A stretch of DNA of 64,000 bases from the human T2T-CHM13v2.0 reference genome, Homo sapiens. Of the stretch, positions 12,328 through 25,832 are shown in pieces. Position 1 is the first letter of the stretch, and each line of letters begins with the position of its first letter. The notes under the pieces are model-generated. The model worked only from the letters and a program-made list of their open reading frames with translations. It ran no database searches and was not told the origin of the DNA. The DNA is taken from the NCBI RefSeq assembly GCF_009914755.1, contig NC_060930.1. The stretch is one strand, 5' to 3'. A program made the translations under genes and the position numbers.

Positions 12328-15300
12328 GTAAGAAATAGGATTTTCCCCCAAAATCTTTCTGAAATAAAAAAAAATTGCAAGTATCTATACCATACGTTTC
12401 CAAGTATAATATTCATTATTCATATGTTTAACTGCATGTGAGCAAATATATTTCTAATACTTGGTATCTGACTTTTAGATGGGCCTAAACACATTGCATT
12501 ATATATATGTACACGTATATTTGTATTTATCTTCATGCATTTGTATGATTGCTTGTAGGCCTATTTTTGTGTATCTTTACATGTATATGTAGGATAATAT
12601 GTATTTATTTTTTCATTCTGCCAAATGCTCATTGCTATCTAATCTAGTTATGAATGTGTGTGTGTGTATACACACTAGTAATTTTGAAAAACAACATATT
12701 AGTCTTTATGATCTTCCGTACATTGTTCTTGAGGATGCCGAGTTACTTTCTCACTGATTGTCCCAGGCAGGAGCTGAATCTGTGTGTGGTAGAACACTTG
12801 AGAATAACTTCCAGGGTTAAGATGATGGTGCAACTGCTGCCAATGCAGTTTTTCTGAATATGTTCCAGTACACAGTGGATCTCTCAGGTCCCTCTGTAGT
12901 GGATTCTGTAATGCAACAACCATTATATTAACCAAATGACACACTTCTCTTTGTGGTTAAAAATTAACAAGCACAAAGAAATAGCCTTCTTAGTGATACA
13001 CATTGAATTGATGTAGGCTTACAGTTTTCTCATTTCTTTAAAGCTTCTTCTGATAATGTTACTGTGATTCAGAATTATTTTCTTTCATTTGTCATACTTT
13101 AATACTCTTAACATAAAAACCACTGAACCATAGATAGAAATGTGTTTAAATAAAGATATTTTGCCCTATATTCGTATTCACAGATATTTATGCTTTAGTT
13201 TCTGGATTAGGAAGAGACCTACTTTGGTGGGAGAATTAACTAGGGAAGTTCAGCTGGTAGAGAACATAATTTTTTTTTATGATTAAGGCTGTTGGTGGTT
13301 CATTTTATACTTAATTTCTTCTGAAGGTCCCTAAGTCCTGCAGAGACTGATTTTATCCTAGGATATCTTCCACCAGGGTGACCTCAGATTACAATAGGTT
13401 ATAGTTAACTACTGGTAATATTCTTCACTTGAGGAAAGTCTATGTAATGGATAGTTCAAACGTCTGGAGACATTTTGGAGCCCATATATCCTCTTCATCC
13501 AGCACAGGCCTTAATCAGAGAGTTTAACATCTTAATGCATCTTCTGAGCCTATTGGAGGGCCCACACTTTTCTCCAGAGTGGGTGTCCAGCAGCTTGTGC
13601 CAGTTCAGTAATGGAGGAAGCTGTACCTTCTTATGGACAATTAGAGTAAAAAGAGACAAAAGATGGTATCTTTGTTGAACGATGAATTCAGAAATCAGAG
13701 AAATTCCCAATTAAATGTCCATTATAAAAGTGGCTGGGCAGATAAAGGAAAGAAAGTCCATAGGAACGGTATAACATGTCTGTGGAAAAGGTTTAGCAAT
13801 CACAGCTATGAGTTTTAAGGCACGTGGAAGGAATCTAGCAAGATTCCAGGGATGCTAGTCACCCAAGCCGGAACCACTTTCCTAAGGGAAGGAAATGAGT
13901 TATGAAGGGTCTTGGGGCAGATTGGACAATTGGTGAAGTAATTTATGAGTTAAAATGAGATAGAAAAACAGAGAACTATTGTTTTCTTCTTCTTGTTGTA
14001 AATGTTAACATCTAATCCTAAAAGGTATTGCTAATTAAAAGAATGCTCAGATCAATACATGGCATTTGTGCAGAATGTGTTTGGAATAAAAACTATAACA
14101 AACAAAGCCAATCTCAGAGTCTAGCAAACTTAAATTGGATTTAAACTTAAATTTGGATTTGTGTTTCAGAATCACAGCGTATCACATTCTCTATAGCTGT
14201 ATTATTTGCTGTAAAAATTTCATAAATGTCCATAAATTACAATCATTTATTCATCTTTACCTTTCTTTGACTCACCAAGCTTGTATATTTGAAAATATTG
14301 TGTATTTTTTTGCAATAAGATTATGTTATCTAGGTTTACCTTCTTCCCTTAAATGTTATTAAACTGTAAGAGGTATATTAAGCATAACTCAAAGCAGTCG
14401 AATGCTGCAAATAAAGTCAATATCATCCTATATCATTGTCCATCTTGCCTGAGGATAGTGTGATTGTTCTGCCTTCTGATTGTTTATATAGCAACAATTA
14501 TCCATATTAAAAGTTATGTTCTGTGAGTAAAAATTCTAAACATTATTTATACTGACTACCCAAAAGACATCTGATTTGTTGTTGATTTCCTCAAATGCTA
14601 GCTCAGGGACTGACTGACACTGTAGTTTGGTGACTAGAACTGAGGGTTATGCGCCATAGTATTCAGGAGTTTTCCAAATTGTATACACTAGTATCAAATT
14701 AAGTAATATGAATAATGATCTCTTACTATTAATACTTTTTATGTTATCCAATTTGATACTATATATGTAAAACATTATAATGTTTTGTCTGATATTTCCA
14801 ATGTTTTTGAGCATGGACATAAATAGAGACTATTTTATAGTAGAAAGTTGTGAAACATGTGAATTGGCCCTCATTCTGTCTTACATTCTAAGTCCAAATA
14901 TTAATTATCCAACAGTCTGCTCATTATATTGAGCAGACATATATGCACAAACACAGGCATGCACTCAGCATGTGAGAAATGAATAGAGACTGAGTAACTA
15001 AGAAAGTTTGTTCCTTATGGCCATTTTCTTTAGAATGTGTTGGATTAAGACTACTTAAAGAACTTCAAAAATCATAATGTATTTTAGAGAGATTATAAAT
15101 TATTTTTTCATAAAGTCTATATGTATAGCTGCCTCACTTTTCTGACTATAGATAGTACACTCCTGAAGGAAGAAGGAGTTGAACAGTCAAATATGAATGC
15201 CAAAATGACCATGCAATTTAATAAAAGACTCTCAGAACTAATAGATTATTTTATTTCAACTTTAAATATAGTTTCAGCATTTCTGTTTTCTAGTTACTGG

Positions 15301-17049
15301 ATTAGATAGAATGGGTTGGAAGCAGAAGCAGTGCTATTAGAGGCACATGTATAGCAAATAGAATAGATGAAATGCTGGAACAATAATAACAAAGAAATAC
15401 TTTTTCCTTACTGTCATTTCCTAAAGAAATGACACCTCATGTCTCACCTTTGAGAGCATTAGTTCTAAGACTTAGGACGATAATTTATATTTAAAAGCAT
15501 GGCCTTAATTCATCAAGATAAGAGTTCCTAGAATCTGATTAAAATCTCAGAAAAGGAGTGACATATTTTAGAAAGACTTTCTTCAAAAATAGTTCAAATG
15601 AAAAAGTTCGAAGCTTCTTTTTTTCTGAAAAATCTCCCTGTCTATATTGGCTTTTGATAAATGAAATGCTCTTATATGATAAAAAATTCTATGAACATTT
15701 TGGTATATATGTGTGCATGTACATTTTTATAGGGAGCATGTTCATAGCTTTGATCTTTTTCTTAAAAGATTTATGATCTCAAAACGTTTAGCAGAGGTTT
15801 GGAAAAAAACAGTCTACAAACAAAGATTTCAAACCAATGAATTTATAAAATAATCAAGCTTCAATATAATATTTAGTTTTCATTTTTAAATATGTATATG
15901 ACATCTAAAATAAACACATGAAAGTTATAATGCATGAGTTAATGAGCATTTACTAAAGACTAAATGCTCTGCTAAATAGTTTAATTACTATATAAATGTA
16001 TGAATGAATGTGTATGAAAGATTTCAATTTTCAATATGCCTCTTTTTAAAAAAAATTATATTTGAAATGTTTTAACTATCTGCATAGGTAAGTGGTTTTT
16101 GTTTTAGGAAAAGCATGTGACTTTTTCAATATATCAATAATTTTAAAAATGTATTAGTATCAATTAGGTCTGGAGGGCCATATCTTTATATTATTTAATA
16201 TGAGATATTTTTAAAAAGTTATTTTTTCAACAAGACAGAAAGTTATTTTTCAATGAAAATATTATTTGAAGATTTATTTCAACTTGTTTTCTATACTTTT
16301 CCTCTAAACATTTTTCCTTAAGGACCTTGCAATCCTATTTCTCTTATTATCTTTCTGAAGCTCCTATTTGAAAAGCCTTCCAGAAACTCTAATTGCCAAA
16401 TAAATCTACTCCCATTTTTCATCCTTCACATCCTTTGTGCTTTGCTAACCACTCTTTCTTGATACTGTTCATTCCTTTAAAAATTTTACATTAACTACAG
16501 TGTAAAATATACTCAAAGGATAAATCTAAACTCATGGCTTGAAAGTATTTGGATTTCTTTTGCGGTAATAGCATAAAACAAATAACATGAAGCCCTGAAA
16601 AGGATAAAAGTACATTATTTTGAGGTCCAGCTGTTTGCAGTTCCAAATACAAAATGGAGTGTATGAGATCTGACATGACTAGAATGACAAGGCAAGGGAA
16701 TGGGACTATATTGTTCTAACGATTTGTCCAAAGTTACAGTGATGATTTATAGTTTTGGTTATATTTTCAGTTATATATTTTTATATATTTTTCACAATAG
16801 CTTCATATAGCATATTACATTTGCTTTTATTGATAAGAATATCCTATTCTTTAGAAATTAATTGTATTAGTTTAGAACCTAGAACTAGAATTGCATTCAT
16901 TGAACTGAATTCAAGGAAGATCAGTGATGTGTCACATGTTACTCTCCCATTGACTATGTTCAAGCAAAAACAAAAATAATTTTTCTCTTACTGTAAGCAA
17001 AGCCTTTGCTGAATGACTCAGGTCATTAAAATAAATGACTAATCTTCTA

Positions 17050-17910
17050 GCCTGCAAGAAAATTGCGGTCTAGTTGTAGACAGAAAAGAATTACATAAAT
17101 AAATAAACATCAAATACACTTTGATATGTGTCACATAAGCCAAATGTTAGTGCTTTATTCCAGGAGATGTTGTTCTGTATAAGGATCAAGAAAAACTTCT
17201 TAGAGAAGGAAGCATTTAATGTAGACTTTGAAGAATGGCTGGATTATTGATAAGTCAACATAAAGAAGAGTGAATAGCAAATAGATGGTTACAGTCCAGA
17301 ACATTCTTTTAGCAAAGATGATATAGAGATGTCAAAGTTGAAATTGTGCTTGGGGAAAAAAATGGCCTATTTTAATAGAAGCACATATGTATAGAAGTGA
17401 AGGAAGTAAAATCAAATTGGAAAGGCATGTTGATTCATGGTTCTGAATTCTAAAGATAATAGGGAGTCACTGAATCTTTACCTGACAAGAGTTGTGCTTT
17501 GGTAGAACATATGTAAGATGAGAAAATAGAATTGATTGAAGTTGGGAAACACCATCAACACAGTGAGTCCAAATGTAGATAGAAGGCTTTTAATAGTAAT
17601 TCATGCAGGAGACAATGAAGACAGGAATTGCTGGTGGTAAGAATAGGAACTGACATGTGGGTATGAATTTGAGAGTCTGTCTGAGGCTAGAATTGATAGG
17701 ATTCCATAACTGACTGGGGTGTGAGAGATAGTGGAGGGATTGATATTATGTTTATTCAACATAAATTTGTGAGTATTTTTGACATATTAATATTTAGACA
17801 AGTATAGCCCCCAAGTGAAAAAAATAAAATGAGAACTTGGATTTTATTAGAGGAGTCAAATCTATAAATACACATTTGGTAATCAACTACATAAAAGTGA
17901 TAGTTGAAGT
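17050..17910 (-). mobile_element. Old L2 fragments
   Basis: Purine-rich antisense L2-like body; heavily diverged. Confidence 0.45.
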
Positions 17911-18638
17911 CATAAAAGTTTTTTTCAATTATCAATACAATAATAAAATAGAAGAGACGTAAGGTGATATCTACGTTAAAAACAAAGAATCAAAGTTGGT
18001 GTCAGAGTAATAATGATTAGAGGTAGTAGGTATAAGGGGTTCCAGGACAAGACAGTATAAAATCAGTGTCTTATAATAAAATGGAGAGAACGTTTCAAAT
18101 TGATCGCTCTACTTAATATCAACTGCTAATAAAGTTCAGTGTCTTAAGTTAAGATAAACTTTATGGGATTCTCAATTCTGTAACATGAAAATTCTCAAGG
18201 AAAAGTGCAGACACAGTGAACAGGACCTAAATGTTCAAGCTCTTTATGTGGTTTCAATGGATTACACCCATAAAATTTTGATACAGTAATCTTTATGAAT
18301 TTACTTTAGATAGATGAATGTTGCTACACCCACTTACAGCTATTTCACAACTGTTCCTTAGGAATTATTTGATGCTGAAAATATCAAATAAGAAGGGAAT
18401 GGTTTTAGGCTAAATAAGATCTTCAAATACAGAATGCTATAATTATTAGTTGTTAGGAATTTCAAAAGTTCTGCTGATATATAAACCCTAACAGATACAA
18501 GAATCTAAAACGTATCAATTTAGTTATCCAGTAATCCAATAAGGCTAGTGCCTTGAAAGCATTAAAGTAAGATATTTTTCTTTGAAAAGGTAAATATTAC
18601 TGTGTCTTCTTGGTTTAGAAAATATTAAATATTAAGGC

Positions 18639-18982
<344 letters not shown>

Positions 18983-19879
18983 TCATAGTTGATGTTTTCT
19001 GAAATTGAATCCAAATTCAACCTGAAAAATGGTGTGATACAATGTTGACATCTCCTTTCTCTGTGCAATGCCTTTTCATCAGCACCAAACCTATGTTCTT
19101 TCTTATATTTACTGGCAAACTTGATAATTTCATTGGTAGAATATCTTGTTCTTTAATAGAGAAACCAACTTTCAGTCTGACAATATTATTCTAAAATATA
19201 GTGGCTTCTCTTTCTAGGCTTTATTTTCCTTTGTGTCGCTGCTTAGTTTTGTGATTCACACATCCCCATCTCTTGTTTGACTTCCTTTCATTAAAAATGA
19301 GACACTTGTAGTCTGTTGACATCACGCCTGAAAAATACACAATTTAACTTTTTTTTTTTTTTTTGGTATGTTTATTTGTGGCACCTGACGTCAGTTCAGT
19401 CAGCTAGATTTGAGTCTGAATGTGCTAAGTTCTATCTCTGCCTTCTGGCTCTTTACCACCCTTGCTAAACACCTGAAGCTAGTGGGTATTTTTCTGTAGG
19501 TCAGGAAAAAAAATACAACAAAAAATATCTGTTTCTTTATTGTGCTAACATACTGGTTTCCTGAGAAAACAAGTAGTTCAAACATAGTTTTAAACTTTGA
19601 TATGCAGCTGTAGAGTTCTTTGATTGCTTCTCATTTCATAGAAATTATCTCATGGTATTTACTAGGATCCTCTAATTCCACATGGTTGGGGTGGAAGCAC
19701 TGGGGAGGGTGACATTGTGAAAGGCTATATCAGACCCTGTTAGGAGCAAACAAGACAAACTGCCCAGGTGTGTAATGGGCTTTCTTGCACACAACTGAAC
19801 CCCAGGTTGAGGTGCTTCCTAGTGCTAGTATAATAGATTGGTAATGATTCATGGATTTAACCAGCTTTAAGAGGTCTCA

Positions 19880-21680
19880 GACAATTATTCAGTAAATATC
19901 TGCCATGTTTTGTCCTAGAAGATGTCTCAGTGAATGAATTAGACAAACCTCTTGCTCTCATGGAATTTATGTTTTGTGGTAGAGATACAGATGTCAAACC
20001 ATGCCATCAAACATGCCCAGTGGTTATAATCGTTAAAAGAGGAATGAAGCAGTCGACAGGGTGAGTGGTTAACGAGTCAAGAGAGCAGTGTCATTTCAGG
20101 GAGGATGACCAGGGAGGGCCTTTCATCTGCAAAGCGGTATTTGAATATAGAACTGAACCTTTAGAGCATGAGATGCAGTGATATGTAGGGGCAGAACACT
20201 TCAGACAGAAGAAACAATAAGTAAGCAGAAAGGCCATGATTCACCCATGTGCTTCATATATTAGAGGAACTGGGGAAAACCACTAGTGCTGGAATAGCTG
20301 AGGGAGGAGCAGTGGGAGGAAATGAAGTCAGAAAGGGAGAGGGAAGTGAAGCTAAAAGGTATTTGTCTGAGGTCTGAAAGGAATGCAAAATGCTTAACAA
20401 GTATTTGTCACTTACCTAAGGGGATACATCCTAAGAAATGCATCCTTAGACTATTTTGTTTTGCGAACATCATAGAATGTACTTCCACAAACCTAGATGG
20501 TATAGCCTATTACACGTCTAGGCTACAGGGTATAGCCTATTGCTCCTAGGCTACAAACCTACACAACATGTTACTGTATTGAATACTGTAGGCAACTGTA
20601 ACACAAGGGTAAATACTTGTGTGCCTAAACGTAGATAAGCTGTAGTACAAATTTGGTATAAAATATTAAAAATGGTACACCCGCATAGAGCACTTACAAT
20701 GAATGGAGCCTACAGGACTTAAAGTTGCTCTGCATGAGTCAGTGAGTGAGTGGTGAGTGAGTGTGAGGGTGTAGGAAATTACTATTCACTGTTGTAGACT
20801 TTATAAACACTGTACTCATAAGCTACACTAAATTTATTAAAAAAATATTTTTCTCCAAAAATAAATTAACTTCAGCTAACTGCAACTCTTTTACTTTATA
20901 AACTTTTTTTTAACTTTTGGACTCTTGTAATAATACATTGCCTAAAGCACAAACATATTGTACAGCTGTAAAAATATTTTCTTTCTTTATGTATTTATTC
21001 TATAAAACTTTTTTCTATTTTTAATTTTTAAATTTTAGATTTTTAGTTTTTTTTTTGGTAAACCCAAGACATGAATTCACACATTAGCCTAGGCCGTACC
21101 CAGGGTCAGGATCATCAATGTCACTGTCTTCCCCTTCAGATCATGTCCACCTGAAAGGTCCTCAGGGGAAATAACATGCATGGAGCTGGCATCTCCTATG
21201 ATAACACTATTTTCTTCCAGAATACCTCCTGAGGGACTTGCCTGAGGCTGTTTTACAGTTAACTTTTTTCTTAAATAGGAGTACACCCTAAAATAATGGT
21301 AAAATGTACAGTATAGTAAATACTAAGCAATAGAAATTTTTCAGCTGCATTATAATTTTATGTGACTACCATCATATAAAGGGTCCACAGGTGACCAAAA
21401 CATCATGTGGCGCATGATTATCATCTGATGTAGGTACTAAAAGGATCATTCTGACTATAAGGTGGAGATATTATAATAGACTATTTGGCGCTTGAGTGAA
21501 AACAGGAAGAGCAGTGCTGTGCTTACTCAGGTGGGAGAACAGAGGTTTGGGTCAAGTGACAGTGGAAATAGTGAAAAGGGGTCAGATGCTGAAGATATTT
21601 TAGTTGTTGATCTGAAAGAGCTTACCAGTAGGTAGAAATAGAGTGTGGAAGAAGGAGAGCACTCAAGGAAATATATCCAC
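19880..21680 (-). mobile_element. L2 remnant split by a Tigger3 insertion
   Basis: attcagtaaatat...gtgaatgaattagacaaacctcttgctctcatggaattta L2 tail; L2 body resumes after 21420. Confidence 0.6.
20398..21420 (+). mobile_element. Tigger3/Golem-type (MER7) TcMar DNA transposon, non-autonomous
   Basis: ACAAACCTAGATGGTATAGCCTA..GCTCCTAGGCTACAAACCT..GAGTCAGTGAGTGAGTGGTGAGTGA; terminus ..GTGGCGCATGA. Confidence 0.88.
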
Positions 21681-23668
21681 TGCATCTCCAAGAATCCAAC
21701 TACAGAAGCAAGACAGATTTATATCAAAAATTTACTTTGGCAGCTATTCGAATGCCTGTAAAGTTTAGAATTCAAAGCAGTCTTATTTTGGCTTTTTAAA
21801 AATATGTTATCCTTCCTAACTCCAACCCAAATCCTTGCTCCTGTGGTTTGAGCCCATTTGATTTTTACTATTCTCAAGGAGACTGAGCAATTTTATCCTC
21901 AGAAGCCATCAGCATTCTGTCATCATCCCACCATACAAATCCTTGGGCAAAAGCCAGAATGAAATTGTTCATTAAAATGACTTTGTAACTCATATTGAGT
22001 TGCCAGCTAACAAATGAAATAATTCCTACTTTCCCTACCACTTTTGTGTGACTTTTTTAATTGGAAGGTCCAGGAGCCTTTAGAATAGAACTCTTAAGGC
22101 TCAACCAAGTCCAGCAAGAAACTAGTCAGCTCCATTCTTTTGAAAGCTGTTTTCGGTTTTTTTGTTTGTTTGTTTTTGTTTTTAATAAAAACGTAAAAAT
22201 AAGAATACCATAGAAGTTTCTTATCTAAGTTGGAAATATATTTGCAAAACATCTTCATCTCTACAGCTTTACAAATGTTATGTGTAATAGAACTAGTCTC
22301 ATAGTTATAACCCTGGACTTTAATGTCGAAAACACTGATCATGTTATGATGTTTCAATTTATTAGTAGGGCTGCATTCTTTTAGAAGTTAACTGCTGTGA
22401 AAAAAAGAGTAATATAATATTTCTAAATTTATCTTATCTGTTTTATACACCCATGCTAAGACACAACTATTCATGGTGTCACTATTAAATAATGCTTCTT
22501 GTCCCTGAGAAACTTGAAAACGTTGTCAATACTCTTTCTTGTTGTGAGTAACCCAAATGCTCTAAACTTTCTATATTATCACATATTATGCCAATTTCTA
22601 GCCTTAAACTTCTGAACTTCCTTCACAAGTACCATTTGAGTACAACATAAAGAAAGATATTTTTATTTGTTTTTTCCCCTTTTATTCCTCAAGCTTTCTA
22701 AGAAAAGTTTTGTTACAGCATCATTAATATTTCATAGCATGCCCCAAATTAATGTTTTCACAAATATTCATGATACTATTTACTCCTCACAACCTTTCTG
22801 CCTGGGTGAGAGGGGTACCCACATAATTTGTCCTACATCAGTGCCTCCCATTCAGAGTGGGTGCATTTTTTTCCCCTTTGCATCTTGGTAATTGAAAGTC
22901 AAAGATTTGTTTCATTTTCTTGCTCAGCCAACCACATTCTAACCTACTTCTGTTATATAATGAACTTCAGTGTAATTTTTTTATTATGTGACTCTAGGGA
23001 AATCATACTCATCTGTTCTATATTTCTACATCAAGGTAAAATGACTCCTGACCATTTGTTTTCTTTTGTGCTAATATTCTTCATATGTATCCACTTTATT
23101 TGAAAATTTGAAACTTTTTTTGGCTAATTACACAAGTTATGCTTTCATAAATCTTTTATACCATATCTTAGATCATGAAAAAGTGAACTTATTTGTTACT
23201 CCTTCAGTCTCCATCCCTTCAGCAACTGTTTAGGAGAGAGGGCATAAATAGAGGGCCAAACCTTTCATTCTAAGGCACATAATTTCTTTTGAATTTTTTA
23301 TTTACTAAGAAAATACTCATAGTCTAAAGAAACCTAAGGAGGTCACATAGAATTAGGTTGCAAACGTATGATATATAGAATGCACATTAATGTGGAGCAG
23401 CATTGGGAAAATCAATAGGAAAAGTGGAGGAAAAGCTGACTTCTGCTGTAGCTGTACAATGTATGAGAAAAGAGCTTAAGGACTGAAGAATGAAATGACT
23501 ATAACAGAGATAGTGATGGTGAAGGAGTGTGCTTGAGTAGTATATCTTTCTATACTGGACATGAATTGTGAAAGCTGTCCTCAAATAGAAAACCATAACT
23601 TCAAAAATTAAGATTTCCTATAATAATACAGGCCAAGAATTCTAGTTTCTTACATGTTAACACATAGA

Positions 23669-23800
23669 ACTTAAACAAATTTACAAGAAAAGAACAAACA
23701 ACCCCATCAAAAAGTGGGCAAAGGATATGAACAGACACTTCTCAAGAGAAAAAATTTATGAAGCCAACAAACATATATATATATATATGATATATAGAAT

Positions 23801-23844
<44 letters not shown>

Positions 23845-24612
23845 CTCATCATCACTGGTCATAAGAGAGGTGCAAATCAAAACCACAATGAGATACCATC
23901 CCATGCCAGTTAGAATGGCAATCATTAAAAAGTCAGGAAACAACAGATGCTGGAGAGGATGTGGAGAAATAGGAACACTTTTACACTGTTCGTGGGAGTG
24001 TAAATTAGTTCAACCATTGTGGAAGACAGTGTGGTGATTCCTCAAGGACCTAGAACCAGAAATACCACTTGACCCAGCAATCCCATTGCTAGGTATATAC
24101 CCAAAGGATTATAAATCATTTTACTATAAAGACACATGCACACATATGTTTATTGCAGCACTATTCACAATAGCAAAGACTTGGAACCAACCCAAATGCC
24201 CATCAGTGATAGACTGGATAAAGAAAATGTGGCATATATACAACCATGGAATACTGTGCAGCCATAAAAAAGGATGAGTTCATGTTCTTTGCAGGGACAT
24301 GGATGAAGCTGGAAACCATCATTCTTAGCAAACTAACACAAGAACAGAAAATCAAACACCGCATGTTCTCACTCATAGGTAGGAGTTGAACAATGAGAAC
24401 ACATGGACACAGGGAGGGGAACATCACACACCAGGGCCTGTCAGGGGAGTGGGGGGCTAGGGGAGGGAATAACATTAGGAGAAATACCTAATGTAGATGA
24501 TGGGTTGATGGGTGCAGCAAACCACCATGGCACATGTATACCTATGTAACAAACCTGCACGTCCTGCACATGTATTGCAGAACTTAAAGTATAATAAAGC
24601 AAAACAAAACAA
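23669..24612 (+). mobile_element. 5'-truncated L1PA (L1PA7/8-like): ORF2 C-terminus + 3'UTR
   Basis: AAACAACCCCATCAAAAAGTGGGC..AAAACCACAATGAGATACCATC..; ORF 24086-24277 LGIYPKDYKSFYYKDTCTHMFIAALFTIAKTWNQPKCPS is the L1 ORF2 end; TSD aacacataga at 23659 and 24613. Confidence 0.97.
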
Positions 24613-24767
24613 AACACATAGACATAGCCACAAACATTTTGGGTTTGAGTTTTCTTTTCTTTTTCCTCTTCTCTTCTCTTCTCTTCTCTCTCTGTCTCTC
24701 TCTCAAGAATTCTAGAGTTTCTTACGAGTTAACACGTAGACTTAGCCACAAACATTTTGGGTTTTAA

Positions 24768-24777
24768 TTTTCTTTTC

Positions 24778-24808
<31 letters not shown>

Positions 24809-24952
24809 CTTTTCTTTTCTTTTCTTTTCTTTTCTTTTCTTTTCTTTTCTTTCTTTTCCTTTCTTTTCTTTTCTTTTTTTTTCCTCTTCTCTTCTCTCTT
24901 CTCTTCTCTTCTCTTCTCTTCTCTTCTCTCTCTTCTCTCTGTCTCTCTCTCT
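24768..24952. repeat. (TTTTC)n/(TCTCT)n polypyrimidine tract
   Basis: Read directly from the sequence. Confidence 0.95.
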
Positions 24953-24970
24953 CAAGAATTCTAGAGTTTC

Positions 24971-25287
<317 letters not shown>

Positions 25288-25330
25288 TTAACATGTAGAC
25301 CTAGCCACAAACATTTTGAATTTGAGTTGT

Positions 25331-25544
<214 letters not shown>

Positions 25545-25545
<1 letters not shown>

Positions 25546-25832
25546 TTATTTTTTTGAGACAGGTTCTTAATTTGTCACTCAGGCTGGAGTGCAGTGGCAT
25601 GACTTCAGCTCACTACAACCTCCACCTCCTGGGCTCAAGTGATACTCCTGCCTCAGCTTTTTGAGTAGCTGGGACTACAGTCATGCGCCACCACGCCAGG
25701 CTAATTTTGGTATTTTTGGTAGAGACTGGGTTGCCATGTTGCCCAGGTTAGTCTCGAACTCCTGGACTCAAGAGATCTCCCACCTTGGCCTCCAAAAGTG
25801 TTGGGATTACAGATGTGAGCGACTGTTCTGGC
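25545..25832 (-). mobile_element. AluJ
   Basis: GAGACAGG..CTGGGCTCAAGTGAT..CTCCTGGACTCAAG diagnostics. Confidence 0.9.

Noticed and set aside
13240-13310. tRNA-like A-box (agttcagctggtagag) with a weak B-box
   Set aside because: No cloverleaf and an internal T-run; at most a decayed tRNA-derived SINE head.
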